Below are positions 38,801-48,398 of a stretch of 64,000 nucleotides of DNA, piece after piece; the stretch's first letter is position 1, and each line of letters begins with the position of its first letter. The notes under the pieces were generated by a model that was given only the letters and a program-made list of their open reading frames with translations, had not been told where the DNA came from and searched no databases. The DNA is taken from contig JBBTXY010000003.1 in NCBI GenBank assembly GCA_038062075.1, forward strand, positions 17,589-81,588, given 5' to 3'. The translations under genes and the position numbers were made by a program. This DNA comes from Patescibacteria group bacterium. Lineage in GTDB: Bacteria > Patescibacteriota > Minisyncoccia > Phycocordibacterales > UBA2100.

Positions 38801-38838
38801 ACGAGACGGCAGTGTAGCAGATAACGGCTGTTTCGGGA

Positions 38839-40197
38839 ATGGTCAAAGCGCTCTGCAGAGGCGCGTGTGCATTGTTGACACAGTCCACATCCTGGACAAT
38901 GATGCTACGGATGAAGGCACGCTATCCGAAACATCATGCGATACGGACCGGCCACATCGCGCGCTGTCAGATATGCAATTCCTTGAAACTGCATCTCATT
39001 CTGGATCTCGGGTTCCAGCCGCCGGCTGACTCGCTCTTAACGACGCAGATGCTCAATGAGCCGGAGAAGACGTATCCCCTGCGGATGGTGTGGTGCGAGA
39101 AATGCACGGGGGTCCAGCTCGATTACTGCGTCGACGGAAAAGAGGTGTATCACCCGAACTATCCATACCGAAGCGGCATCACGAAGCCCTTGGCAGAATA
39201 TCAGCGGAACATCAGCCACTCTCTCATTGAGAAGTACAATCTCGGCCCGAAAGACCTCGTGATAGACGTTGGCTCCAACGACGGGACGCTCCTTAGCGGC
39301 TTCAAGGAAAAAGGCGTGCGGGTCTTAGGCGTTGAGCCGACGAACACTGCCGATATCGCGAACAAAAGCGGCATCAAAACCGTCAAGTCGTTTTTCGACA
39401 TCAAAACAGCGCGTGCGATACGGAAGAAATACGGCAAGGCCGCAGTCATGACCGCGACCAATGTCTTTGCGCACATGCAGACTTTGGGCGAGGTGATCAT
39501 GGGTATCTATGAACTTCTCGAGGACGACGGCGTGTTCGTTTCCGAATCGCACTATCTTTTGGATGTCATCAAAGACAATCAATTCGATACGATATACCAC
39601 GAGCACCTGCGGACGTATTCACTGCACTCCCTTATCGCGCTTTTCAAGCAGTATGATTTCACCATAACGGATGTCGAGCGGGGGAGCCGGTACGGCGGCA
39701 ATATCCGCGTGCATGTCACCAAAGGGAAGGGGAGAAAGGCGAGTCCCGCAGTCGGGAAGCTGCTCGCGGAGGAGAAGAAATTCGGGCTCGGCAAGCTGAA
39801 GACTTACACGACGTTCGCAAAGCGTGTCCGGAAGGCGCGGCTAGAACTCATAGACTTCCTTATTCAGGCGAAGAAGAAAGGCAAGCGCATCGCCGGGAAA
39901 TCAAGTCCCGCCCGTGCCGCGACCCTTCTTAATTACTATGGCATCGACACCGAGCTCATTCCGTATCTGGCTGAACAGCCGACCTCGCTGAAACTTAATC
40001 AGTATCTGCCCGGCGGGCACATTCCGATTGTTGATGAAAAGATTCTTCGTAAAGACAAGCCTGATTACATCGTTTTAATGGCGTGGCATTATGCGAAGGA
40101 GATCTCCAAACGTCTCAAGGTTGAAGGCATACGATCGGACTTTGTCGTGCCGCTTCCCGAAGTGCGCGTGATAAAAAATGCGGCGGTAAAAGCGTAG
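38839..40197 (+). CDS. Zinc-ribbon NDP-sugar C-methyltransferase family (TylCIII-like; Methyltransf_13 + MTase + C-MTase C-domain), copy 1
   Basis: 'CQICNS...CEKC' zinc ribbon, 'VIDVGSNDG' motif I, C-terminal domain. Start probably an internal Met (~38899). Confidence 0.6.
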   Translation: MVKALCRGACALLTQSTSWTMMLRMKARYPKHHAIRTGHIARCQICNSLKLHLILDLGFQPPADSLLTTQMLNEPEKTYPLRMVWCEKCTGVQLDYCVDGKEVYHPNYPYRSGITKPLAEYQRNISHSLIEKYNLGPKDLVIDVGSNDGTLLSGFKEKGVRVLGVEPTNTADIANKSGIKTVKSFFDIKTARAIRKKYGKAAVMTATNVFAHMQTLGEVIMGIYELLEDDGVFVSESHYLLDVIKDNQFDTIYHEHLRTYSLHSLIALFKQYDFTITDVERGSRYGGNIRVHVTKGKGRKASPAVGKLLAEEKKFGLGKLKTYTTFAKRVRKARLELIDFLIQAKKKGKRIAGKSSPARAATLLNYYGIDTELIPYLAEQPTSLKLNQYLPGGHIPIVDEKILRKDKPDYIVLMAWHYAKEISKRLKVEGIRSDFVVPLPEVRVIKNAAVKA

Positions 40198-40200
40198 CGC

Positions 40201-41226
40201 ATGCTCAACGTTGCTATTGTCGGCTCGGGTTTTGGTCGGTACGGTCTCCTGCCTGCGTTTGCTGCGGTGCCGCAGTGCACGGTTGTCGCGGTATGCGGGA
40301 AGAAAACAGATTCCCTTCGTAAAGATTGCCGGCGTTTTGGTGTTGAACATATCTACGAAGACTGGCGTGCGCTTTTGAAGAACGAGCGTATTGACGCGAT
40401 TGCGCTCGCGGTAACGCCGCGCGCGCAATACACGATTTCGAAAGCGGCGCTTCGCCAAGGCATCCATGTTTTCGCGGAAAAGCCGCTGGCGGTGGATCTC
40501 GCGCAGGCGAACGAACTCTTGCGCCTCGCACGGAAAAAACGCATTGTCACTGCGGTTGATTTCACCTTTCCGGAAATCGCCGCATGGCAGAAGGTCAAGC
40601 GATTGCTCGATGCGAAGACCTACGGCGAATTGCGGCATATCACAGCGAATTGGGATTTTTTGAGCTACGATATTGCGCACAAACGGAAGTCGTGGAAGAC
40701 CATCGCCGCCGAAGGCGGCGGAGCGCTGTCATTCTTTTTCTCGCACGGGTTGTACTATCTCGAGCATTTCGCGGGGACAATCTCGGATGTGCAGAGTAAC
40801 TTCTCGTACGCGAAGGAAAGTCTCGGCGGCGCGGAGGCGGGCGTCGATATGCTGCTCACGTTCCAGAGCGGAGTCATGGGAAGTGCGCACATCTCCTGCG
40901 CCGCGCGGGGTCTCCACCGCCACCAGCTTCTCTTCCACTGCGCACGTGCGACGATCGTGCTTGAGAACGAAGGGAGCCATATGAGCGGCTTCACGCTCAC
41001 CGTCTACGAGAAAGGGGCGCGGCGCATCGCGGTTTCTGCCGAGCGAGTCGTCAAGCATCAAGATCCACGCGTTCCTTTCGTGAAAAAGATCGCCGCACGG
41101 TTTGTCAGGAGCTGCCGGAGCGGCGCAACGATGCACCCGGGTTTTAAGGAGGGAGTGCGTGTGCAGGAGCTGATAGCACAGATACGATCCCGGCACACAG
41201 GTACGAAACCACGAGCTGCACGTTGA
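40201..41226 (+). CDS. Gfo/Idh/MocA-family oxidoreductase (cassette copy 1)
   Basis: 'VAIVGSGFGRYG', 'EKP'. Confidence 0.7.
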   Translation: MLNVAIVGSGFGRYGLLPAFAAVPQCTVVAVCGKKTDSLRKDCRRFGVEHIYEDWRALLKNERIDAIALAVTPRAQYTISKAALRQGIHVFAEKPLAVDLAQANELLRLARKKRIVTAVDFTFPEIAAWQKVKRLLDAKTYGELRHITANWDFLSYDIAHKRKSWKTIAAEGGGALSFFFSHGLYYLEHFAGTISDVQSNFSYAKESLGGAEAGVDMLLTFQSGVMGSAHISCAARGLHRHQLLFHCARATIVLENEGSHMSGFTLTVYEKGARRIAVSAERVVKHQDPRVPFVKKIAARFVRSCRSGATMHPGFKEGVRVQELIAQIRSRHTGTKPRAAR

Positions 41227-41245
41227 TAAAGGCCTGTACAATGGT

Positions 41246-42685
41246 ATGTCTCGTATGAAAGAGCAGACATTCGATTATATTGTTCTTGGCGGCGGTGTCT
41301 CGGGTTTGGGATTCGCGAAGCGGGTGAGCGAGAACAGCAGGTCGGTGTTGGTCCTCGAAAAAGAAGCAGTTGTCGGCGGCCTCTCGCGGAGCCTCCAGCA
41401 TAAGGGGTTTTATCTGGACTTTTGCGCGCATCGCTTCCACACAAAGAACAAAGCTCTCCTTGATGAGATCCGTTCGCTTCCCGGTCTCACGATGGAGCGC
41501 CATATCAAGAAGAGCCGCATCTACATGTTCGGGAAGTATTTGAAGTATCCGTTCGAGATACAGAATCTCCTTCGCGCCATGCCTATCACCCAGAGCTTCC
41601 TTTCAGGGCTCTCGTTCCTCAAGAACCTCGCGTTGAAATCGCTGCGAACGACGCGAGACCTGCGCTCATATAAAGATTGGTTCGTTCATCTCTATGGTAC
41701 ACGCCTGTATGAAGTCATGTGCCGGCCGTATACCTCGAAGATATGGCATCGTGATCCCAGCGAGATATCCGCAGATTGGGCCGATCAGCGTTTCCAAGGA
41801 GAGAACCTCTCCAAGCTTCTCGGGCGGATCATGAAGAAGATACTCACGCTGGATTTCAGTTCATACAATCTGGAGGACGACAGCCTCGCCCCGGATGGCG
41901 GCGCATTCTACTATCCACTGCGCGGCATCCAGGAGATGCCGGACGCGCTCGCGCGCTCAGCGGAGCGGAATGGCGCTCGCATTCTCACGAAGACAACGGT
42001 CACTAAGGTGAATACCGCTGCACGTACGGTTACGTTCGAGCACGAGGGGGTTCCTCGTACGGTCTCCTATGCTCAACTGATATCGACGATCCCCCTGCAT
42101 GCATACTATGCGCTCCAGGAGCGGCGCGATCCAAGGATCGAAAAGCACCTCACCAGCCTCACGTACATGGACATCATCTTTGTCTATCTATTTCTGGACA
42201 TTCCCCAGGTCTCCAACGACCACTGGTTGTATTTCCCGGACCCGGACATTATCTTCAATCGCGCCGTTGAGTTCTCGAACTGGTCGCCGCAGATGTGCCC
42301 ACCGGGGAAGACCGCGATTTGTTTCGACATCACGGTATTCCTCGAATCACCGGAATGGCAGATGAGCGATGAGGTGCTCATCGAGCGGACGATCGCCGAC
42401 GCGGCGCGCGTGGAGTATGTTAGAAAAGAGCATGTCGAAGAGGGGTTGGTTTTCCGCGTCACGCACGCGTATCCGTTCTACGACCTCGACTATCGAACGA
42501 AACTGGATGCGATCGTCCGCTTTCTTGAGACGGAACACGTGCATCTTCTCGGTCGCACTGGCATTTTCCGCTACAACAACTCCGACAACTCCATCGAGAT
42601 GGGCTTCGAGCTTGCGGAGAAGATGCTTGCCGGGAGATCTGCCGCGAGCGCTCACGAATATCGGGTAAAAGAAGTGAGCTACTGA
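41246..42685 (+). CDS. FAD-dependent oxidoreductase (amine-oxidase/PPO/Glf-like Rossmann), copy 1
   Basis: 'DYIVLGGGVSGLGFA...VLEKEAVVGG' dinucleotide-binding motif. Confidence 0.65.
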   Translation: MSRMKEQTFDYIVLGGGVSGLGFAKRVSENSRSVLVLEKEAVVGGLSRSLQHKGFYLDFCAHRFHTKNKALLDEIRSLPGLTMERHIKKSRIYMFGKYLKYPFEIQNLLRAMPITQSFLSGLSFLKNLALKSLRTTRDLRSYKDWFVHLYGTRLYEVMCRPYTSKIWHRDPSEISADWADQRFQGENLSKLLGRIMKKILTLDFSSYNLEDDSLAPDGGAFYYPLRGIQEMPDALARSAERNGARILTKTTVTKVNTAARTVTFEHEGVPRTVSYAQLISTIPLHAYYALQERRDPRIEKHLTSLTYMDIIFVYLFLDIPQVSNDHWLYFPDPDIIFNRAVEFSNWSPQMCPPGKTAICFDITVFLESPEWQMSDEVLIERTIADAARVEYVRKEHVEEGLVFRVTHAYPFYDLDYRTKLDAIVRFLETEHVHLLGRTGIFRYNNSDNSIEMGFELAEKMLAGRSAASAHEYRVKEVSY

Positions 42686-42690
42686 CGGAT

Positions 42691-44079
42691 ATGCATCTCC
42701 TGCGGAGCATGTTCGGCGAGAAAAGGATACGCTTTACGCTTTTCGCGATCTCTCTCCTCGCGCACCTCGTCGTATTCGCGCTGCTCCTCGTGCACTACGG
42801 TCCGTCGGCATCTTTTTTTTCGGTCGACGGGTCGTTGAATGGCAACGACGCGCAGCACTACGTGACGATCGCGAAGAATCTTGCGGAGGGGAACGGGTAC
42901 TCCCGTTTCCCGGACGCGCCATTCGAGCCGGATGCGTTCCGTACGCCACTTCTCCCGCTCTATTTCGTCCCCTTCGTCTTTTTCGGCGGCCTGCCCCTCA
43001 TATGGCTCCCCATTCTTCTTTTAAATCTAATCCTCGCATTCGCGGCGGTCCTCATGTACAAGCTGGCACGGCTCTTCCTCCCGCATGGATATGCGGCGGC
43101 CGCCGGGCTCGCCATGGCGCTTGACCCCTTGTTTTTGTACCGCAGCCAGCTCGCGGAACCGGACGCGCTCTTCGTGTTTCTCACGCTCGGTGCTGCATAC
43201 TTCTGCGCGCTGTTCTGGGGGACCGCGCGTCCTCGCTACATCCTCTTTTCGTCGGTCATCTTAGGCATCTCCATCCTTCTCAAACCGACCGGACTGTATG
43301 TCGCGATCATCCTCTTTGCATGCCTCGCCGCGTTCGTCTTTTTCTTCAGACGAGGAGAGTGGCGCATGCATGCGAGGCATCTCATTTTCGGGGCATTGAT
43401 ACTACTGGCGCTTCTTGCGCCATGGCTGATACGCAACCACGCGTCCTTCGGCGTCTGGGGTATCTCGAGCGTCGGCGGATTTAATCTCTACGAATTCTAT
43501 ACGGTGAACCAGCGGTTGCCCGGTGAGCAAGTGCCCGAGAACATAGCGACGAGCAGTCGGGAACCGAGCCGACACCTTCCGAACCAGTCATACTTTACGG
43601 ACGTTGCAATGGAGAGGATACGAGAGGCGCCGCTCTCCTATGCGAAAGAACAGGCGGTGGGGACGTTGCGCAACCTGTTCGTTTCGGAGTTGCCGGTCAT
43701 CTACTACTATGGCCATAGCGCTCTCTTGCCTTTTCCCTACAATCCGGAGTCAACAACAAACCTGCGCGAACTTCTGCTCCAAGGGGACGGAGCGAGCGTC
43801 TTCTTTGCGCTTGCCCACAATATCCCGAAGGTTCTCTGGTTCGCCGCGCTTCTTTTTGTCTATATCCTTACCTTTCTCGGCTGGCTGTACGCATGGAAGA
43901 AGGATCGTGTCGTCTTCCTCATGTTCACCTCCTTCATCCTGATCTTCGGGTATTTTGTCGTCGCCTCGGGACCGTATGTCGACGCTAAATACCGGATGCC
44001 CGCAATGCCGCTCATCGTGATAGTGTGTGCATATGGCGTTTATGAGTTGCGGAGTCAATGGTGGCGAATACGACCATGA
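42691..44079 (+). CDS. GT-C fold membrane glycosyltransferase (ArnT/PMT-like)
   Basis: Multi-TMS, Dol-P-sugar transferase-like topology. Confidence 0.55.
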   Translation: MHLLRSMFGEKRIRFTLFAISLLAHLVVFALLLVHYGPSASFFSVDGSLNGNDAQHYVTIAKNLAEGNGYSRFPDAPFEPDAFRTPLLPLYFVPFVFFGGLPLIWLPILLLNLILAFAAVLMYKLARLFLPHGYAAAAGLAMALDPLFLYRSQLAEPDALFVFLTLGAAYFCALFWGTARPRYILFSSVILGISILLKPTGLYVAIILFACLAAFVFFFRRGEWRMHARHLIFGALILLALLAPWLIRNHASFGVWGISSVGGFNLYEFYTVNQRLPGEQVPENIATSSREPSRHLPNQSYFTDVAMERIREAPLSYAKEQAVGTLRNLFVSELPVIYYYGHSALLPFPYNPESTTNLRELLLQGDGASVFFALAHNIPKVLWFAALLFVYILTFLGWLYAWKKDRVVFLMFTSFILIFGYFVVASGPYVDAKYRMPAMPLIVIVCAYGVYELRSQWWRIRP

Positions 44080-44954
44080 GTATTGAAAAAGCATTTGACC
44101 ATAATTCCTTCAGAGGCGAAATACTGCGCCCTGATTTTTTGCGGAGCGTCGTTGAGGCGGGGAATCTCGCACTTAACGTTCGACAAGAGGGTCTTACATC
44201 CGAGGTTAAATCAACAAAGGAAGACATTGTCACCCGCGGCGACCTTGCTGTTTCTTCGATGCTGCGCGAGCGGCTCTCACAGCTTTTCCCGGGGATTGTC
44301 TTTATTGACGAAGAAGTCCCGGAGAGCGACTCGCTTGATATAACAGCGCATGCGATGGTCGCCATCATTGACCCCATTGATGGCACGACGAATTACTATA
44401 ACAAGGGAGAAAAAGATTCTTCGGAAGCTCCCGCAAACCCGAACTGGGCCGTTTCGGTTGGGATCACACGAGAGGGAAAACTACACGCCGGGGTCATATA
44501 TCAGCCAATGCTGCAGAAGTTATTTTATGCGGAAAGGGGTCGTGGTGCCTATATGAATGGCAAACGTCTTCATGTCTCGACGACCCAGTCGCTTTCGGAT
44601 GCGCGGCTCATCTACGATTACCCCTATCCTAAAGACAAGAAGGAATACGAGCTTACCGGCCGTGTACTTGCTGCGCTGGAGCCGCAGATAACGTCTGCAG
44701 AGCGGCTCGGGAGCGCTGTCGTAGAGACCATGGAAGTGGCAGAGGGGAAAAGCGACTTCTTTATGCTTTTGAGGACCCAGCCATGGGATGTGGCCGCCGC
44801 GGCTGTTATCGTCGAAGAGGCGGGCGGGACAGCTTTTAATGCAACAGGTGAGCCGTTCAAAATCGGCAACCGCTCGATCGTACTCACAAATGGAAAGATT
44901 GAAATCGCGCCTCTGATACATCTCATTTACCAGAAATTGGGGAGTGATTCATAA
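44058..44954 (+). CDS. Inositol monophosphatase family protein paralogue 4
   Basis: 'AIIDPIDGTTNY'. Confidence 0.7.
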   Translation: MVANTTMSIEKAFDHNSFRGEILRPDFLRSVVEAGNLALNVRQEGLTSEVKSTKEDIVTRGDLAVSSMLRERLSQLFPGIVFIDEEVPESDSLDITAHAMVAIIDPIDGTTNYYNKGEKDSSEAPANPNWAVSVGITREGKLHAGVIYQPMLQKLFYAERGRGAYMNGKRLHVSTTQSLSDARLIYDYPYPKDKKEYELTGRVLAALEPQITSAERLGSAVVETMEVAEGKSDFFMLLRTQPWDVAAAAVIVEEAGGTAFNATGEPFKIGNRSIVLTNGKIEIAPLIHLIYQKLGSDS

Positions 44955-45004
44955 GTCCGGTGCACTGCCTTGCACCCAAGCGCAAAGTAGTGTTTATTGT
45001 GCGG

Positions 45005-46060
45005 ATGCAAAGAAAGATCGAGAAGTCCTCCAAGCCCAAAGGGGAAAAGCCACCAAAAAAAGTCCTCATTACCGGCGCGGCGGGGTTCATCGGTCATCAC
45101 CTGCTGGACTATCTCTTGCAAAAGACCGATTGGGATTTTGTCCTCCTCGATCGGCTCGATGTGTCGGGGAACCTCGATCGTGTTCGGGACATTCCTTCGT
45201 ATGAAGCGAACCGGCATCGCATCCAATTCGAATGGCATGATCTGAAAGCGCCCGTGAATGATTCCCTCGCAAAGCGTCTGGGCAACCCGCACTACATTTT
45301 ACATCTTGCCGCATCAAGCCACGTCGATCGTTCCATCGAGGATCCGATGCTCTTTGCAATGGATAATGTCGTCGGCACGGTCAATATTCTCAATTTTGCA
45401 CGCACATGCAGCAACCTCGAGAAATTCATAAATTTCTCGACCGACGAAGTATTTGGTCCTGCACCCGAAGGGCACGCGCACAAAGAAGACGAGCCGCACC
45501 GGCCCTCAAACCCCTATTCGGCATCGAAAAGCGGGCAGGAAGCATTCGGCTACGCGTTTTTCGTCACGTACGGCCTTCCTGTCGTCACAACGCACACCAT
45601 GAATAATTTTGGGATCCGGCAGCATCCTGAAAAGCTCCTGCCAAAGACCATTTGTTCCGTTCTAAACGGAACGCCGATGCCTATTTTTGCGAAATTGAAC
45701 GCCAAAAGAAAACTTGAGGCTGTTGGCAGCCGCTACTGGATCAACTGCTGGAACACATCGTCTGCTGTGCACTTCCTTCTTGAGCACGGCTCGCCCGGCG
45801 AGAGCTACAACATCATCGGATTCGACGAATTCACGAATCTCGAGATCGCGGAAAAGATCGCAAAGATCATCGGCAAAAAACTCATCCCGAAATTCGTCGA
45901 CTTCCACGCCGTCCGTCCCGGCCATGACCGGCGCTACGCTCTCGACGGCAGCAAGATAAAGAAAATGGGGTGGAAACCTGAAATCCCTTTCGACACATCG
46001 CTCCGTGATACGGTCGAATGGTACCTTGAGCCGAAGAATCGGCATTGGCTGAACGATTGA
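45005..46060 (+). CDS. rmlB: dTDP-glucose 4,6-dehydratase-like
   Basis: 'VLITGAAGFIGHHL', 'STDEVFG', 'YSASKSGQE'. Confidence 0.75.
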   Translation: MQRKIEKSSKPKGEKPPKKVLITGAAGFIGHHLLDYLLQKTDWDFVLLDRLDVSGNLDRVRDIPSYEANRHRIQFEWHDLKAPVNDSLAKRLGNPHYILHLAASSHVDRSIEDPMLFAMDNVVGTVNILNFARTCSNLEKFINFSTDEVFGPAPEGHAHKEDEPHRPSNPYSASKSGQEAFGYAFFVTYGLPVVTTHTMNNFGIRQHPEKLLPKTICSVLNGTPMPIFAKLNAKRKLEAVGSRYWINCWNTSSAVHFLLEHGSPGESYNIIGFDEFTNLEIAEKIAKIIGKKLIPKFVDFHAVRPGHDRRYALDGSKIKKMGWKPEIPFDTSLRDTVEWYLEPKNRHWLND

Positions 46061-46065
46061 TTGAT

Positions 46066-46776
46066 ATGAAAGGTCTCATACTCGCCGGTGGGAAGGGGAC
46101 GCGGTTGCAGCCCGTGACGTACGTGGTGAACAAGCACATGGTGCCCATCATCAACCGTCCGATGATACTCTACCCCCTTGAGACCCTGAAGTATTTGGGC
46201 GCAACCGACATCATGGTCGTTTCAGGAGGCGGGCACATCGGCGGCATCGCGGAATTTTTGGGCGATGGGTCGGAGTATGGTGTCTCGCTCACGTACCGGG
46301 TCCAAAAAGCCGCGGGCGGTATCGCGCAGGCACTTGGGCTCGCCAAAGATTTTGTTGACGGGCATTCTGTTGCGGTCGTTTTAGGTGACAACATTTTTGA
46401 GAATACGAAGCTTCCGAAAGTACCGAAGAGTGCAGGTGTTGATGAAGCATTCCTCTATTTCGCGCGCACTAAAGATCCAAGCCGCTTCGGCGTGCCGGTT
46501 TTCAAGAAGAACGGCGCGGTCGCGAAGATAGAAGAGAAGCCTACAAAACCTAAGAGCAAGTATGCGGTGACGGGCCTCTATGTGTATCCGCCGAACGTCT
46601 TCGATATCGTCGCCAAACTTAAACCGTCGGCGCGCGGCGAGCTTGAGATCACCGATGTCAACAATTGGTACATCGAAAAGGGGAAATGCAGCCACGCGCT
46701 TTTCAAAGGATTCTGGTCCGATGCGGGGACGCGGGAGTCACTCAAGCAAGTGATAGACTGGGCATACAAGGCCTGA
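46066..46776 (+). CDS. rmlA: Glucose-1-phosphate thymidylyltransferase-like (short form)
   Basis: 'MKGLILAGGKGTRLQPVT'. Confidence 0.7.
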   Translation: MKGLILAGGKGTRLQPVTYVVNKHMVPIINRPMILYPLETLKYLGATDIMVVSGGGHIGGIAEFLGDGSEYGVSLTYRVQKAAGGIAQALGLAKDFVDGHSVAVVLGDNIFENTKLPKVPKSAGVDEAFLYFARTKDPSRFGVPVFKKNGAVAKIEEKPTKPKSKYAVTGLYVYPPNVFDIVAKLKPSARGELEITDVNNWYIEKGKCSHALFKGFWSDAGTRESLKQVIDWAYKA

Positions 46777-46781
46777 ATGAT

Positions 46782-47492
46782 ATGGACACGGCGATCGAAG
46801 GGAAGCTCTCGAGCGTTTCTTTCTTTTGCCCTGCCTATCATGATGAGAAGAACTTGCCGGTTTTGATACCGCGCGTGCACGCATTTCTCTCCGAGATCGC
46901 GCACCGATTCGAGATCGTCATCGTCGAAGATGGGAGCCCTGACACAACGGGGGAGGCGGCTGACGCACTTGCCGCACGATACAAAGAAGTCCGCGTCATA
47001 CATCATCCGAAGAACCTCGGCTATGGAGGTGCTATCCGCGACGGGTTCCTCAACAGCCGTCTGGACTATGTCATGTATACCGACGGCGACAACCAATACG
47101 ACCCCCGCGAATTCGAGGCGGCACTCCCGCTTTTAAGAGAGGCAGATGTCGTGAGCGGGTATGTCCGCGAAAAGGCCGTGAGCGACCTCCGGAAACTGCA
47201 ATCCACTATCTTCAACCTTATGGTCGCCGTGTTGTTTTTTGTCTGGATCCGGGACATCAACTGCTCGATGAAGATATACAAGCGGAAAGTGCTTGATGCG
47301 ATCGAGATAAAAAGCATGAGCGCTTTTATCGATGCGGAAATGCTGGTGTGCGCGCGCCGTGCGGGGTTTCGCATCGCACAATTCCCGGTCACGCACTTTC
47401 GCCGGACCGAGGGCCTTCCGAGCGGATCGAAACTTGCCGTCATCGTCCCCACCATTATGGATATGCTGAAATTTAGATTCGGGCTATTATAA
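46782..47492 (+). CDS. Polyprenol-phosphate glycosyltransferase (GT2, DPM1-like)
   Basis: 'VSFFCPAYHDEKNL', 'VEDGSPDTT', 'TDGD' DxD. Confidence 0.7.
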   Translation: MDTAIEGKLSSVSFFCPAYHDEKNLPVLIPRVHAFLSEIAHRFEIVIVEDGSPDTTGEAADALAARYKEVRVIHHPKNLGYGGAIRDGFLNSRLDYVMYTDGDNQYDPREFEAALPLLREADVVSGYVREKAVSDLRKLQSTIFNLMVAVLFFVWIRDINCSMKIYKRKVLDAIEIKSMSAFIDAEMLVCARRAGFRIAQFPVTHFRRTEGLPSGSKLAVIVPTIMDMLKFRFGLL

Positions 47493-47498
47493 AGCCCC

Positions 47499-48398
47499 AT
47501 GATTACCACGAACGATACAGTGCTCATCACCGGCTGCGGTGGCATGCTCGGCGAAGGCGTCTACAAGCGCTTTAAGGATCATGTGAAGGTGTTTGCGACC
47601 GATATTGATCTGAACGAGCCGTGGCTTACGCATCTCGATGTGCGGGATGCGACAGAGGTTGAGAAACGCCTCGACGAGATACGGCCTGACTACATCGTCC
47701 ACCTCGCTGCGCTCACGGACATGGAATACTGTGAGACGCATCCGGAGGACGCGCAGGCGACGAATGCTGACGCAGTCGCTCATTTCGCGCCGTATGTGGA
47801 AAAGAACGCGACGCCGTTCGCGTATATCTGCACTGCCGGCATCTTCGACGGAGAAAAAGAAGTGTATCAGGAAGACGACATTCCCAATCCTTTGAGCGTG
47901 TATGGGAAGACGAAATACAGCGGGGAGCTGAACGCAAAGAAATATCAAAAACATGTCGTCGCGCGCGCCGGCTGGATGATGGGCGGGGGTCCTACAAAAG
48001 ACAAGAAATTCATCAATAAGCTCATCAAACAGGTGAAGGGTGGAGCGAAAGAGCTCTTTGTCGTGGACGACAAATTGGGGACACCCTGCTACACCTACGA
48101 TCTCGCCAATATCCTCTATACGCTCCTGGATAAAGGGCACCACGGCGTCTTCCACGGGGTCTGTGAAGGGGGAGGTTCGCGAGCGGAAATCGCACGCTTT
48201 CTTTTACAATGTCTCGGTCGCGAAGATGTGAAGATAACAGAAGTTGCTTCTGATTATTTCAAGACAACCTATTTCGCGCCGCGTCCGCGATCGGAGAAGA
48301 TGATCAATAAGCACCTGCATGACCTCGGCCTCAACCTGACGCGCGATTGGCATGACGCCGTCGAGGACTACGCCCGCACGTTCGACTGGGGCGTATGA
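47499..48398 (+). CDS. rmlD: dTDP-4-dehydrorhamnose reductase-like
   Basis: 'VLITGCGGMLG', 'YGKTK'. Confidence 0.7.
   Translation: MITTNDTVLITGCGGMLGEGVYKRFKDHVKVFATDIDLNEPWLTHLDVRDATEVEKRLDEIRPDYIVHLAALTDMEYCETHPEDAQATNADAVAHFAPYVEKNATPFAYICTAGIFDGEKEVYQEDDIPNPLSVYGKTKYSGELNAKKYQKHVVARAGWMMGGGPTKDKKFINKLIKQVKGGAKELFVVDDKLGTPCYTYDLANILYTLLDKGHHGVFHGVCEGGGSRAEIARFLLQCLGREDVKITEVASDYFKTTYFAPRPRSEKMINKHLHDLGLNLTRDWHDAVEDYARTFDWGV

Noticed and set aside
37730-38824. 364-aa plus-strand ORF
   Set aside because: Antisense to the UXS-like epimerase/decarboxylase, which has clear Rossmann and YxxxK motifs.
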